Below, piece by piece: positions 1 to 10,393 of a DNA stretch of 64,000 nt. The stretch is from the IMG/VR virus record IMGVR_UViG_2698536687_000001, one strand, 5' to 3'. Numbering within the stretch: position 1 is the first letter of the stretch; every line of letters begins with the position of its first letter. The DNA comes from a virus (taxonomy: Duplodnaviria; Heunggongvirae; Uroviricota; Caudoviricetes). Under the pieces are notes generated by a model that was given only the letters and a program-made list of their open reading frames with translations, was not told the origin of the DNA and did not search any database. Made by a program: the position numbers and the translations under genes.

Positions 1-468
1 CTGACAGCGATCGCTATTTTCCATGAGTGAACGAACCTGGTCGAAATCAGTGCGTTCGAACGCCAGTGCCTGTTTTGCACGTTCACCGGCATCAACGTTT
101 TCTTTTCGGATCCGTCGCATGACCAGTGAAACAGCATTACTGTCACTTGGTCGTGGCAGCCCGGACCGACGATGAAGCATGTTTAGTTGGCCCAAATGTT
201 GCTGGATAGTTTTTACTGCCAGACCGCGCGCCTGAAGATATAGAAGATAATCGCGAACATCTTCAGGTTCTGCGGGAAACCATTTCCGGTTATTCAACTT
301 GCACCATGCCGCCCACGACCGGCAAACGGACAGAAGCATTTTCCAGGTATGCTCAGAAAACGCCTGGCGATCCCTGAACATGTCCATCAGGTTCTTGCGA
401 ACCTCATCACTCGTTGCATCGACCGGTAATGCAGGCAAATTTTGGTGTACGGTCAGTAAATTGGACAT
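1..468 (-). CDS. cre: Cre tyrosine site-specific recombinase, 5-prime part only (gene continues beyond window start)
   Basis: ATG at 466-468 on minus strand; minus-strand translation reads MSNLLTVHQNLPALPVDATSDEVRKNLMDMFRDRQAFSEHTWKMLL..., recognised from memory as the Cre N-terminus; no stop before position 1; loxP lies about 420 bp upstream. Confidence 0.9.
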   Translation of the reverse strand, partial: MSNLLTVHQNLPALPVDATSDEVRKNLMDMFRDRQAFSEHTWKMLLSVCRSWAAWCKLNNRKWFPAEPEDVRDYLLYLQARGLAVKTIQQHLGQLNMLHRRSGLPRPSDSNAVSLVMRRIRKENVDAGERAKQALAFERTDFDQVRSLMENSDRCQ

Positions 469-886
469 TTAACACTCAGATAATGGTTTTAAGTAAAGTG
501 TACAGGATCGGCTCTGCCTTTACCTGTTTATGGTTCTCGTCATAGAAACGCCAGCGACCGCGCGTGCGTTCTATTTTCTCTTCACCGCGCGATAATGACA
601 GTTGACAACTATCACGATCAAACCCTTTTGCCCGCCAGTAACCACGGTTTTTCTCAAGCTCAATATGAGTGGACACTTTAGCAGCTGAATATCCCATTTT
701 TCACCTCTGATTGATTGGTGGTGCTAAGTGCGCTACGCAAAATCTGGAGCACTAACACTGCCAACATTTCGCAGATTTTACGTAGCGCAACCTTGATCAA
801 ATGATCAAGTGATCACTATTTGACCTGATAAGGTATTGAACTGTATGGATTTACAGGTAAATTGATCATATTCAATAACCCTTAAG

Positions 887-920
887 ATAACTTCGTATAA
901 TGTATGCTATACGAAGTTAT
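887..920. other. loxP: loxP recombination site (13-bp inverted repeats around 8-bp spacer)
   Basis: Exact 34-mer ATAACTTCGTATA ATGTATGC TATACGAAGTTAT read directly in the sequence. Confidence 0.97.
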
Positions 921-963
921 CAGGTCCGAAGAGGAGTTTACGTCCAGCTGCGCACAAAAATCA

Positions 964-980
964 ATAATTATTAGAGCAAT
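964..980 (-). promoter_or_regulatory. C1 repressor operator-like 17-mer (Op99-type)
   Basis: ATAATTATTAGAGCAAT, 2 mismatches to reverse complement of recalled P1 C1 operator consensus ATTGCTCTAATAAATTT. Confidence 0.6.
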
Positions 981-1046
981 AAATTTTGAGAGAAAAATCC
1001 CACTCCACCAGCTAAAAACTGGATTGTTTTTCATAGTTGTTTGACA

Positions 1047-1063
1047 ATTGCTCTAATAAATTA
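1047..1063 (+). promoter_or_regulatory. C1 operator-like 17-mer overlapping a candidate sigma70 promoter upstream of coi
   Basis: ATTGCTCTAATAAATTA (1 mismatch) directly after TTGACA at 1041-1046 and followed by TATAGT at 1062-1067. Confidence 0.7.
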
Positions 1064-1301
1064 TAGTTTTGCCGCCGTTACGTAATACGACTTTGGATTC
1101 ACTATTTAATGTGTCTTCAGCGTTGTAGAGCGGCTCAGAAGGAAATGAGCAAACAGGGAAACCTTATACAACGGCATTACAGCTATGCATTGCTCATCTT
1201 ACACACAGCGCAATGTTGTTAGATTACCCCAGCATGGATCATGGGTGAAACAGTAGGTCAGAGCTTCAGGCTCTGTGTTGTCAATACAGTGAGGCATAAT
1301 T

Positions 1302-1511
1302 ATGGCTTTCATTCAACCAACCATCGACGACGTTAGACATTGCTCTAACGCTTTATCTGTAGACCCTGCCGAAACCGACGCTGCCCGCGCCATTGCTGAA
1401 CACTACTCAAAGATATCCAATCAGGAGTACCGCATCACCCAAGACGACCTGGATGACCTCACTGACACAATCGAATATCTCATGGCAACTAACCAGTTAG
1501 ACTCACAATAA
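1302..1511 (+). CDS. coi: Coi-like protein (C1 inactivator), 69 aa
   Basis: 69-aa ORF immediately upstream of c1 and downstream of operator-overlapped promoter; size and position match P1 coi as recalled. Confidence 0.75.
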   Translation: MAFIQPTIDDVRHCSNALSVDPAETDAARAIAEHYSKISNQEYRITQDDLDDLTDTIEYLMATNQLDSQ

Positions 1512-1527
1512 ATGCACTAATAAATCT
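1511..1527 (+). promoter_or_regulatory. Weak C1 operator-like site between coi and c1
   Basis: AATGCACTAATAAATCT, 3 mismatches to consensus. Confidence 0.35.
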
Positions 1528-1621
1528 ATTATTTTTGTTTGATCCCTCTATAATATAGGTCAGTAATGACCGGTTTTCTCAGCCGGGCGTTATTGACCAT
1601 GTCAATTCTGGAGGAGGATCA

Positions 1622-2473
1622 ATGATAAATTATGTCTACGGCGAACAACTGTACCAGGAGTTCGTCAGCTTCAGGGATCTCTTTCTAAAAAAAGCTGTTG
1701 CACGCGCCCAACACGTTGATACAGCCAGCGACGGTCGTCCTGTACGCCCGGTTGTCGTTCTACCGTTCAAAGAAACTGACAGCATTCAGGCTGAAATTGA
1801 TAAATGGACTTTAATGGCGCGGGAACTGGAACAGTACCCAGACCTCAATATCCCAAAGACTATTTTATATCCAGTGCCTAACATCCTTCGCGGTGTGCGC
1901 AAGGTTACAACTTATCAGACAGAAGCTGTGAACAGCGTCAACATGACCGCTGGCCGCATTATTCATCTGATTGATAAGGACATTCGCATCCAAAAAAGCG
2001 CGGGGATCAATGAGCACAGTGCGAAATACATAGAGAACCTGGAAGCAACAAAAGAGCTAATGAGGCAGTACCCGGAGGATGAAAAATTCCGTATGCGCGT
2101 ACACGGCTTTAGCGAAACAATGCTGCGCGTCCACTACATTTCCAGTAGCCCTAACTACAATGATGGTAAATCAGTTAGTTACCATGTGCCACTGTGTGGC
2201 GTGTTTATCTGCGATGAAACTCTCCGTGATGGAATTATCATCAACGGTGAATTCGAAAAAGCAAAATTTAGCCTTTATGACTCCATAGAACCGATCATCT
2301 GCGACCGCTGGCCGCAAGCAAAAATATATCGCCTGGCAGATATTGAAAATGTAAAAAAACAAATTGCCATCACTCGCGAAGAGAAAAAGGTTAAGTCAGC
2401 CGCATCAGTTACGCGCAGCCGTAAAACCAAGAAGGGGCAGCCAGTAAACGACAACCCCGAAAGCGCGCAATAA
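1622..2473 (+). CDS. c1: C1 master repressor of lysogeny, 283 aa
   Basis: 283-aa ORF with strong RBS GGAGGAGG; sequence MINYVYGEQLYQEFVSFRDLFLKK... recognised from memory as P1 C1; many C1 operator-like 17-mers across the window. Confidence 0.88.
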   Translation: MINYVYGEQLYQEFVSFRDLFLKKAVARAQHVDTASDGRPVRPVVVLPFKETDSIQAEIDKWTLMARELEQYPDLNIPKTILYPVPNILRGVRKVTTYQTEAVNSVNMTAGRIIHLIDKDIRIQKSAGINEHSAKYIENLEATKELMRQYPEDEKFRMRVHGFSETMLRVHYISSSPNYNDGKSVSYHVPLCGVFICDETLRDGIIINGEFEKAKFSLYDSIEPIICDRWPQAKIYRLADIENVKKQIAITREEKKVKSAASVTRSRKTKKGQPVNDNPESAQ

Positions 2474-2482
2474 ATTATGCCC

Positions 2483-2748
2483 NNNNNNNNNNNNNNNNNN
2501 NNNNNNNNNNNNNNNNNNNNNNNNNNNNNNNNNNNNNNNNNNNNNNNNNNNNNNNNNNNNNNNNNNNNNNNNNNNNNNNNNNNNNNNNNNNNNNNNNNNN
2601 NNNNNNNNNNNNNNNNNNNNNNNNNNNNNNNNNNNNNNNNNNNNNNNNNNNNNNNNNNNNNNNNNNNNNNNNNNNNNNNNNNNNNNNNNNNNNNNNNNNN
2701 NNNNNNNNNNNNNNNNNNNNNNNNNNNNNNNNNNNNNNNNNNNNNNNN
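2483..2748. other. Assembly gap (266 N)
   Basis: Run of n characters; flanked on both sides by sequence that is repeated 1.8 kb downstream. Confidence 1.
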
Positions 2749-3427
2749 CCGGTTGCTGTTCTTTTTGTCGGAAGTAGCTGTCTTCCAGTTTTTCAAAGAA
2801 TGCCCATGCCTGATCGGTTTCGAGCATTTTAGCGTGACGGGCAGCTCCTCGTTCTGTCCAGAGGATGAGAGAGCGCGCTTTGGGGGAGACTGGATTTTGT
2901 GAGTAGTTTAAAGCTACCCGCAAATTTTTCAGCTCATCGCCAATAACCTTGAAAAAGTGCTTCGCTTCAACAAAGCGTACTTTGTTCTCATGATGATTCT
3001 GGCGAATGCGAATCGCTTCTGTACCATACCCCTTAGCAAGAGTTTCGGTTGTTACGACACGCACTCCCTGCCACTCCAGAACGGGAATTTCATCCGGCTG
3101 ATTCTGAACAACCACCAGTTCCGATTCCTGAACTGAAGGTGCATAAATTTTTTCTGATTTAACGTTAGTTGCTTTCATTCTGTGTGCCTCCTTGCGTGCT
3201 TCGGCTGCGACGGTTGCGTAATTCAGATGACCCTGTTCGAGCAGGTATTCACGGATATCGGTTAGCAGAATGCGGTGAACCGCGTTTTTGTCCTTTCTCC
3301 GGTAAAGTTGTTTGGTGATCATGAAGTAGTTGGCAATAACGCCAGGTATATCCCTGGTACTGATACAGGCAGTGTGCTGTTCAATTGCCTCGATCATCTC
3401 TTCACGGGTAACTAACGATGTTCTCAT
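2749..3427 (-). CDS. Antirepressor-like protein, copy A, N-terminal 226 aa only; 3-prime part lost in gap
   Basis: ORF runs into the N-run; first 133 aa identical to copy B (4145-5257), central segment diverged. Confidence 0.6.
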
Positions 3428-3645
3428 AGTCCCTCCTGAGCAGAAGCGTTAACAGGGAGGCACCAGTAACTGAGAGAATTGCGTGAATCAGTGGAAAAAC
3501 GGGCAGAGAAAATACATGGGGCGTCAGGAAGCTGAGAACGGGCCTCATCTTCTGTCGGTGCAATAACGAAATGATAGTGACGTTTTTGGCAGGAGTAAAA
3601 GCGCCAGATAAATTCAGGATGAATTGGGGTAGGGACAGTAGCCAT
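3424..3645 (-). CDS. Icd-like small protein (host cell division inhibitor family), 73 aa, copy A
   Basis: 73-aa ORF with RBS AAGGAGG, overlapping start of downstream ant-like gene by 4 nt; three paralogs in window each upstream of an ant-like gene; family assignment from memory. Confidence 0.55.
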   Translation of the reverse strand: MATVPTPIHPEFIWRFYSCQKRHYHFVIAPTEDEARSQLPDAPCIFSARFSTDSRNSLSYWCLPVNASAQEGL

Positions 3646-3830
3646 AATGGCAGCCTCCTTTGACTAAGTTAAGGAGCTACCGCGTGAGGTCTCAATCTCA
3701 ATGGCGGTAGCACTGACTGGGTTGAGACTACCGGCGTCAAAGGGAACCGGCCTGCCTTTCGGCAGCCCAGCCAGCACTACCATTGATTTCGGAGCTAAAC
3801 GCTACGTATGGCTGTGCGATGGCATGACAC

Positions 3831-3975
3831 AAAAAAAGACGCTTTCGGCGTCTGTGTCGCCTTTGACATTATCCGGGGTCTCAATCCCGGCACCCGTTTT
3901 AATGAGGTGCCTGATAAGCATAAACCGAAAATGCCTCAAGGCGCAAGAGGTCAGGTTCAATGTAGCATCGGTAGT
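3831..3975 (-). ncRNA. Candidate C4-like antisense RNA (immI-type), copy A
   Basis: Lies between operator 3985-4001 and an intrinsic terminator (minus-strand hairpin AGACGC-CGAAA-GCGUCU at 3838-3853 followed by U7); contains hairpin CCGGG-AUUGAGAC-CCCGG whose loop is complementary to GUCUCAA at plus 3721-3728 in the icd leader. Confidence 0.4.
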
Positions 3976-3984
3976 TAAAAAACA

Positions 3985-4001
3985 CAATTTATTAGAGCAA
4001 G
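3985..4001 (-). promoter_or_regulatory. C1 operator-like 17-mer upstream of immI-like cassette A
   Basis: CAATTTATTAGAGCAAG, 2 mismatches to reverse-complement consensus. Confidence 0.6.
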
Positions 4002-4144
4002 TTTTTACTCATTAAGCCATGCCAGAGCTTCATCAACCTGCGCTTCGTCTTCGGCGCTAAGCACTTCATCCTGGGGAACATAATCCGCCAGCATAGCGAA
4101 ACCGCGCAATAAATTATGCCCGGCATCAACCGGGCATTCTTCCA

Positions 4145-5257
4145 TTATTCAGCCGCCACCGGTTTTAACAAGCCAGCATCGAGCAGTTTACGCGTCAACC
4201 ACTGCTGGCCTTTACCCGTTAATTGAGGCGTCAACCGTATCTGGTAGCCATCTTCATCATCCAGCACCACTTCTTTCACCGTGAAATACCCCGCGTTGAT
4301 GTACTGCTGGAACGGCACATTTTTACGTCCACCGGACGCTATCAGGATGCCGTTCTCCCGTAACCAGGCAAACAGCGCGTTTTGCTTAAGTCCAACAACC
4401 TTTGCAAAATTCCCAATCAGGATCCCTTTAGCTACTGATACCCGGTCGGCAAAATCGACTTTAGGAGCGGCGGCCACCAGCTGCTGATTTAGCTGGTGGG
4501 CTTTCTGTTCCAGAAGCTGCTTTTGTTCAGCCAGTTCGGCAGCCAGGCGCAGAGCTTCTGGAAGCGTCTGGGGGATTGCAACCGGTTGCTGTTCTTTTTG
4601 CCGGAAGTAGCTGTCTTCCAGTTTTTCAAAGAATGCCCATGCTTCATTTGTGTCCACGATCTTAGACATGCGTGCAGCGCCGCGCTCTGTCCAGAGTGTA
4701 AGGCTTCTGGCGTTCTTACCAACAGAGTAACTTCCGGTTACTCTGTTCTTAAATTCTCTTAATTTTAAACCAGTTAGAAGAAAGTAATGCTTACCTTCTT
4801 CAAAGCGGTCAAGGTTGCGAGACAAATTGTTGCGAATATTGGCTTCATCGACCCCATACCCTCTAGCAAGAGTTTCGGTTGTCACGACACGTACTCCCTG
4901 CCATTCCAGAACGGGAATTTCATCCGGCTGATTCTGAACAACCACCAGTTCCGATTCCTGAACTGAAGGTGCATAAATTTTTTCTGATTTAACGTTAGTT
5001 GCTTTCATTCTGTGTGCCTCCTTGCGTGCTTCGGCTGCGACGGTTGCGTAATTCAGATGACCCTGTTCGAGCAGGTATTCACGGATATCGGTTAGCAGAA
5101 TGCGGTGAACCGCGTTTTTGTCCTTTCTCCGGTAAAGTTGTTTGGTGATCATGAAGTAGTTGGCAATAACGCCCGGTATATCCCTGGTACTGATACAGGC
5201 AGTGTGCTGTTCAATTGCCTCGATCATCTCTTCACGGGTGACTAATGACGTTCTCAT
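4145..5257 (-). CDS. Antirepressor-like protein, copy B, 370 aa (N-terminal regulatory domain plus C-terminal KilAC/ANT-like domain)
   Basis: C-terminal segment [18 protein letters not shown]...PKVDFADRV...GYFTVKEV resembles phage antirepressor KilAC domain from memory; paralogs at 2749-3427, 49829-50629, 50794-51831. Confidence 0.65.
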   Translation of the reverse strand: MRTSLVTREEMIEAIEQHTACISTRDIPGVIANYFMITKQLYRRKDKNAVHRILLTDIREYLLEQGHLNYATVAAEARKEAHRMKATNVKSEKIYAPSVQESELVVVQNQPDEIPVLEWQGVRVVTTETLARGYGVDEANIRNNLSRNLDRFEEGKHYFLLTGLKLREFKNRVTGSYSVGKNARSLTLWTERGAARMSKIVDTNEAWAFFEKLEDSYFRQKEQQPVAIPQTLPEALRLAAELAEQKQLLEQKAHQLNQQLVAAAPKVDFADRVSVAKGILIGNFAKVVGLKQNALFAWLRENGILIASGGRKNVPFQQYINAGYFTVKEVVLDDEDGYQIRLTPQLTGKGQQWLTRKLLDAGLLKPVAAE

Positions 5258-5475
5258 AGTCCCTCCTGAGCAGAAGCGTTAACAGGGAGGCACCAGTAAC
5301 TGAGAGAATTGCGCGAATCGGTAGAAAAGCGGGCAGAGAAAATACAGGGAGCATCCGGAAGCTGAGAACGTGCCTCATCTTCTGTCGGTGCAATAACGAA
5401 GTGATAGTGACGTTTTTGGCAGGAGTAAAAGCGCCAGATAAATTCAGGATGAGCAGGGGTAGGGATAGTAGCCAC
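5254..5475 (-). CDS. Icd-like small protein, 73 aa, copy B
   Basis: Differs from copy A at 2 residues; same operon arrangement. Confidence 0.55.
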   Translation of the reverse strand: MATIPTPAHPEFIWRFYSCQKRHYHFVIAPTEDEARSQLPDAPCIFSARFSTDSRNSLSYWCLPVNASAQEGL

Positions 5476-5660
5476 AATGGCAGCCTCCTTTTGCTAATTT
5501 AAGGAGCTACCGCGTGAGGTCTCAATCTCAATGGCGGTAGCACTGACTGGGTTGAGACTACCGGCGCAAAAGGGAACCGGCCTGCCTTTCGGCAGCCCAG
5601 CCAGCACTACCATTGATCTCTGAGCTAAACGCTACGTATGGCTGTGCGATGGCATGACAC

Positions 5661-5805
5661 AAAAAAAGACGCTTTTGGCGTCTGTGTCGCCTTTTGCATT
5701 ATCCGGGGTCTCAATCCCGGCACCCGTTTTACTGAGGTGCCTGATAAGCATAAACCGAAAATGCCTCAAGGCGCAAGAGGTCAGGTTCAATGTAACATCG
5801 GTAGT
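5661..5805 (-). ncRNA. Candidate C4-like antisense RNA, copy B
   Basis: Same architecture as copy A: operator 5815-5831, CCGGGAUUGAGACCCCGG hairpin (plus 5703-5720), terminator hairpin 5668-5682 plus U-run. Confidence 0.4.
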
Positions 5806-5814
5806 TAAAAAACA

Positions 5815-5831
5815 CAATTTATTAGAGCAAA
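5815..5831 (-). promoter_or_regulatory. C1 operator-like 17-mer upstream of immI-like cassette B
   Basis: CAATTTATTAGAGCAAA, 2 mismatches. Confidence 0.6.
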
Positions 5832-5834
5832 TAT

Positions 5835-7319
5835 TCATTCATTAAGCCATGCCAGAGCTTCATCAACCTGCGCTTCGTCTTCGACGCTAAGCACTTCGTC
5901 CTGGGGAACATAATCCGCCAGCATAGCGAAACAATATGTATCCCAATGGTCTGGTGAGTGCAGGTTGAGTTTTTTCTTCATATCCTCCTTACTCATCACC
6001 TTCCATTGACCTGCGGAGTTAATCCCTACAGGGATTTTCGACGCTTCCTCAATAGTTTCATTACCCTTATCCAGTCTCATACGACCAGATTTTACGGCCT
6101 CTGCGGCTTGAACGTTGGCATAAGCACGTTTATCAAAGTACAGGCTCTTATCTTCACGGCTATGCATCTTTTTACCCCAGCGTATACGCTGTACGGTAAT
6201 ACCATAATACTCGTACATCAGATCCGCCGTTGCTTTACCCAGGCCATCGCCGTCTATCGCTATGGTGATATTGGGGAATCGCTCAGGATTACATTCTGCG
6301 AAAATTTTGGCGGCAAGCTGCGTTTCTGTAACGTCTGTGTATTCCAGCATTCGATAGTTGATTACACGGCGTTTATTTCGCTGGCCGGACACCATCATGA
6401 TATTGATAACGGACTTATCCCGTCCCGTACCACCAGCAACGTCCACACATGCAAGCCAGCCCCATCCTTTTGCAATCTTGACTTTCCGCCGCGTTGCACG
6501 TTCAACCTCATCACGTCCAAGAAGGAAGCCATCCTGTGATTTAGGGAATAGGCCGCGTACCTTAATCATGTACATAGGGTTATCACGCCCGCCGTACTCC
6601 GCCAGCTTCATTTTGATAAATGCTGGCGTTACCAACGGTGATTCCTCACTGTTAAGCGTGATCGCCGTATAAACGCCATCAGGGTTACCAGGACGCTTGG
6701 CCAGTTTATGGTGTGTATCGTAGAAATAGCCGCTTGGGCGTGTAGGCTGTGACAGCAATAAGATGCGGTTATCCTGTCCGGTAAGAGCACCGGTGATGAT
6801 ACCGAAAGCTCTATCACTGACACCGGAGGCTTCATCGATAATATACAGAAGATGATCTGCGTGTTCACCGGCGAGAGCTTCTTCACTTCCCAGACGAAAG
6901 CCCTTCGGTACTACAGTCCATACACCTTTACCAGTAACCTCATAGAAAGCGGTTTCTGTCAGAACAAAATAATCAGCAAGCCATGGAAAACGGCTGGTGG
7001 CAGTAGCCCAGTTTATCTTGATGTACTTGAATATACCGGTCATTACCTGCTGAATTTTGTTCGCAACGATAATGGCTCGGGCACCGGGATACATGATTAT
7101 GAACAACATGATCATGATAGAAGTCATGTCTGATTTCCCGGTACCGTGACCAGACGAAACAGATGTCTTGCTACCCTGTTCCTGCACAGACTCAATAATC
7201 AGATCCTGCTGCCAGGTAGGTGTTTTGCCGAACAAAACATCAGCGGCCGCAATCCAGTCATAACGATATAGCGCCACCAGCTCGCGCCAACGTGGATCCG
7301 TTACGCAACTTCTGGCCAT
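5835..7319 (-). CDS. pacB: Terminase large subunit PacB-like, 494 aa
   Basis: 494-aa ORF whose start overlaps pacA stop by 1 nt (ATGA); position downstream of pac-containing pacA; size matches P1 PacB as recalled. Confidence 0.8.
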   Translation of the reverse strand: MARSCVTDPRWRELVALYRYDWIAAADVLFGKTPTWQQDLIIESVQEQGSKTSVSSGHGTGKSDMTSIMIMLFIIMYPGARAIIVANKIQQVMTGIFKYIKINWATATSRFPWLADYFVLTETAFYEVTGKGVWTVVPKGFRLGSEEALAGEHADHLLYIIDEASGVSDRAFGIITGALTGQDNRILLLSQPTRPSGYFYDTHHKLAKRPGNPDGVYTAITLNSEESPLVTPAFIKMKLAEYGGRDNPMYMIKVRGLFPKSQDGFLLGRDEVERATRRKVKIAKGWGWLACVDVAGGTGRDKSVINIMMVSGQRNKRRVINYRMLEYTDVTETQLAAKIFAECNPERFPNITIAIDGDGLGKATADLMYEYYGITVQRIRWGKKMHSREDKSLYFDKRAYANVQAAEAVKSGRMRLDKGNETIEEASKIPVGINSAGQWKVMSKEDMKKKLNLHSPDHWDTYCFAMLADYVPQDEVLSVEDEAQVDEALAWLNE

Positions 7320-8512
7320 TAATCATCATCCCCGTATAGCTTGCGGGTAACTTCTTCGTCTTCCTCCTCGTCTTCGTCCAGGTCTTGTTCCAGCCATGGG
7401 TCGTTTGATACACCTTCAGTATCAACATCTCCATAACCGCCTGTATCAACGATATCGGCGATTTCTTCCCTACGCTGCTCAATCCACAATGCGGCATCGG
7501 CGCGGCGGTTGGCGGCCCGTTCTCGCGCAACTTTGTCCAGATCTTCAAGAGAAGGGCCACCAACGGCTGTTTGCCTTTCCTCATCATCGGTATTGGTCTT
7601 AGGAGCACGCAGATCGGCTTTGATTTGCTCCAGCATCAGGGGCGGCACTTTCCCGCCATGCGCCTCGATGAATTCAGCTGCTTCCAGCACTGACCAGTTA
7701 TTTTCACGCTTTCGTTCGTATGCCAGCTTAACAATGCCAGCTTGCCCCATAGATAAAGCGTGCTTTTCCGCCTCCCGGCTTTCTTTTCGATAGTTATTCC
7801 GGATGCTGTAAATGGTGTTGATCAGGCTGCTTATCTGCGCGGAACAGCTGTTTAGCATGCTCGCGATACGGTATTCAGGCGGAGTACCTTCATCATCGTC
7901 TTTTTGCTGATCGCGCATTTCCTGCACCAGGCGAATACACGTATCCCTGGCGTTCTCCAGCATAAGGAGATGAGAAAGAGACTTTTCCAGAAGAGTGGTT
8001 TCCAGAACATCGGCCCCGGACCGACGCAACATAGCGCGCGCGGCCTTCCGCGCTTCAACGTTATCTATCAGGTAATCGCCAGCTTCGAATTCAAAGCGTT
8101 CACCATCATCATCCAGGGTGTCGCGTTCCAGGCGATCACGTAAGGTCCGGTGGGCGCGGGTGATCACGTCATGATCATCAGAACGATCATTTATGCGCTT
8201 ATTTTGGCGCTTCGCATTCTCGACTGCGGCACTGACAACGGCATTAACCCTTTGTTTTTCCGCTATTTCAGCCGCAATGTGATCACCTGCATGTTGATCA
8301 TTAGAGTGATCAATGATCATGCTTTTTAGTGGCTTCCTGACTGGCTTATTTGGCTTGCGGCTGTCCGCTGTCCTGGTGTCTTCTTTGAAGGCACGGAGAT
8401 AACGACGTGCAGTATTAGGGTTAAGATTAAACTCGGCGGCATACTGTGCGATGGTGTAACCACCATCTCGCGCCAGGCGAGCAAAATTCTTCTTGTGATC
8501 GTCCCAGGTCAC
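7319..8512 (-). CDS. pacA: Terminase small subunit/pacase PacA-like, 397 aa
   Basis: 397-aa ORF containing the clustered TGATCA hexamers of a pac site in its 5-prime part. Confidence 0.8.
   Translation of the reverse strand: MTWDDHKKNFARLARDGGYTIAQYAAEFNLNPNTARRYLRAFKEDTRTADSRKPNKPVRKPLKSMIIDHSNDQHAGDHIAAEIAEKQRVNAVVSAAVENAKRQNKRINDRSDDHDVITRAHRTLRDRLERDTLDDDGERFEFEAGDYLIDNVEARKAARAMLRRSGADVLETTLLEKSLSHLLMLENARDTCIRLVQEMRDQQKDDDEGTPPEYRIASMLNSCSAQISSLINTIYSIRNNYRKESREAEKHALSMGQAGIVKLAYERKRENNWSVLEAAEFIEAHGGKVPPLMLEQIKADLRAPKTNTDDEERQTAVGGPSLEDLDKVARERAANRRADAALWIEQRREEIADIVDTGGYGDVDTEGVSNDPWLEQDLDEDEEEDEEVTRKLYGDDD
8161..8319. other. pac: pac packaging site (two clusters of Dam-methylatable TGATCA hexamers)
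   Basis: TGATCA at 8161, 8172 and CGATCA at 8185 on one side; TGATCA at 8280, 8295, 8307, 8314 on the other; 3+4 arrangement about 160 bp apart inside pacA as described for P1. Confidence 0.8.
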
Positions 8513-8597
8513 TTATGCTTCCTTTCGTAAAAACTCTTTTTGACGCGAGGGTAACGAAAGTCACATGTCAAAAGGCCCGGAACGGGCAAGCAATCAA

Positions 8598-9050
8598 TCA
8601 GATACGTACGGATGTGGCATTACCGTAATGACGGTGCTGACGGGCTACCTTATTGAAAAGTTGACGCGCCATTACCCAAGGCTGGTGTTCCCGGCGTTCC
8701 TTTTCGTCCTGCGTCATATAGAGTTCGTTCTGGAGTTTTTCATCAAACCGGCGCGGCGCGCGGCTGCGGCGAAAGAATTCAGGATTCAGAGAGTGGATCT
8801 GAAATCTACGTGGGCGTGTACTGTCATCAATCAAAACAGACGAATACTTAGACACAGCGATAGCCTTTAAGCGCAGATAAACGTCGCGCTTATCGACATC
8901 CAGATGCGGGTATTCCTTTTCAAGGATTGCTGCGAGTTCTTTCGCTGATAGAAGAGATTTGGTGCGGATCATGTAATCCGCAATCTCATACGATGTTATT
9001 CGTAAGTGATTTATTTCCATGAAGTGGCGTCCCTGCCAGTTAAGTAACAT
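8598..9050 (-). CDS. lpa: Late promoter activator Lpa-like, 150 aa
   Basis: 150-aa ORF immediately upstream of pacA and preceded by a C1 operator-like site, as for P1 lpa. Confidence 0.7.
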   Translation of the reverse strand: MLLNWQGRHFMEINHLRITSYEIADYMIRTKSLLSAKELAAILEKEYPHLDVDKRDVYLRLKAIAVSKYSSVLIDDSTRPRRFQIHSLNPEFFRRSRAPRRFDEKLQNELYMTQDEKERREHQPWVMARQLFNKVARQHRHYGNATSVRI

Positions 9051-9120
9051 CCTGTCACCTACTGATTAGCCCATGTCAACTAATCAACGTGGAATATAAT
9101 ACCCTAGATTAAATAAATAG

Positions 9121-9137
9121 CAATACATTAGAGCAAT
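9121..9137 (-). promoter_or_regulatory. C1 operator-like site upstream of lpa
   Basis: CAATACATTAGAGCAAT, core ATTAGAGCAAT intact, 3 flank mismatches. Confidence 0.5.
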
Positions 9138-9138
9138 T

Positions 9139-10182
9139 TTATCTAACGTTCGACGAGTGACTTGTGATAGCGCCGACTCCAAGCGCGTAATCAAAGAACA
9201 ATCGTTGATGCATCGCCAGCCTACCGTGCGTCTTCTCCCAATTATCGCGGTCACGCTCAATATCACGTTGGCATGACTGGCACAGAGGAATTGCGTAAAT
9301 GTCATGCGCGCATAATCGACTATGACGAACGATATAAGGCGTAATGTGAGCGCCAGCTCCCGCCGCTCCACACCCACAGCATGGACGGGAAGCAACAAAG
9401 TCCATGTACTCAGGTAATTTTAGCGATTGCAGTTTTGGGATTTTGAAATGCGCCATGCCAGGGTCGGAGTCAACATCCACAGGGCATACTTTTGCACGCA
9501 TCGGCGCGGCGCGTTCTTCCATCATCTGAACATATGCTGTAGCGCGATCGTCATACGGGCGAATATCCGCCTCTTTCAGAGGTCCGCTATCCTGCGTTGC
9601 GGCTTTCATCTTATTTATTGATATACGGCAAACTTCTTCCGGCATCAGGTGCATCATGTTGCGCATGAAAGCCCACCAGCACAGTTCCTGAATACTTAAA
9701 TCATGGCCATCTGAAAGCCCCATTTCCTGACGGGCGACATCCAGTATCCAGTTAACGCGATTATTATGCAGCGTTTCTTTCAGCTCATTAAAACCACGCA
9801 TCCGGTAATGGTTATCGTGATGCCAGCACAACAACACCGCGCTATTATCTCGTTCAGCGTGGACAATATGGTTGTCACACCAGCTACGATCTGCGGCCTG
9901 GCATCGCCCCTCTTTCCTGCGCAACCACGCCACCAGCGCGTCAATTCCACCAATACGACGAAACAGCTCATCGCTGTTAAAAAACGGCTGCAACGCCTCA
10001 TTTGTTGCCATGGTTTGCTCGGAAACAACGAGGCCGTCGTCCATGTGCTCGATTAACTCACGCGGCACCGGCTCCATAATAAATTTACGGCCAGCCTCCA
10101 CCAGCTTTCTGACTTCCTGATCCACTTTGAATGTGGCGACGCCAAGCTCTTTTTGTACAAAGGGAGTAATAATGGCTTTCAC
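9139..10182 (-). CDS. Hypothetical Cys/His-rich protein, 347 aa (post-doc operon position)
   Basis: Long ORF downstream of doc; C-terminal Cys cluster; no domain recognised. Confidence 0.5.
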   Translation of the reverse strand: MKAIITPFVQKELGVATFKVDQEVRKLVEAGRKFIMEPVPRELIEHMDDGLVVSEQTMATNEALQPFFNSDELFRRIGGIDALVAWLRRKEGRCQAADRSWCDNHIVHAERDNSAVLLCWHHDNHYRMRGFNELKETLHNNRVNWILDVARQEMGLSDGHDLSIQELCWWAFMRNMMHLMPEEVCRISINKMKAATQDSGPLKEADIRPYDDRATAYVQMMEERAAPMRAKVCPVDVDSDPGMAHFKIPKLQSLKLPEYMDFVASRPCCGCGAAGAGAHITPYIVRHSRLCAHDIYAIPLCQSCQRDIERDRDNWEKTHGRLAMHQRLFFDYALGVGAITSHSSNVR

Positions 10183-10209
10183 ATCACACCTTTCATCACT
10201 GATTGGGCT

Positions 10210-10389
10210 TTATCTGCTGCCCGGCATTCTCTGTTTAAGCACAACCATTTCCTGACGGCATAACACAGCAATAGCGGTCCTGGCACCAATTTGCTTACCA
10301 ACCAGGTATTGCTTTACCTCGCGGCGACTCACGCCATCAAGAAGCATCTTTAACGCTTCACGGGACAACTTGTTGTATTTACGTGCCAT
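10210..10389 (-). CDS. Small hypothetical protein about 59 aa (post-doc position)
   Basis: ORF 10210-10410 overlaps doc 3-prime end; internal Met at 10389 assumed as start. Confidence 0.35.
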   Translation of the reverse strand: MARKYNKLSREALKMLLDGVSRREVKQYLVGKQIGARTAIAVLCRQEMVVLKQRMPGSR

Positions 10390-10393
10390 TAAT

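Noticed and set aside
2275-2902. ORFs 2275-2796 (minus) and 2477-2902 (plus) from the six-frame track
   Set aside because: Both are mostly translated N-run (X residues); artefacts of the assembly gap.
3701-4015. ORFs 3701-4015 (plus) and 3802-3987 (minus), and equivalents at 5632-5845
   Set aside because: They lie in the operator/c4-like leader, lack RBS, and overlap a terminator hairpin; the region is better explained as a regulatory RNA.
5958-6672. Plus-strand ORFs 5958-6539 and 6358-6672
   Set aside because: Antisense to pacB; spurious.
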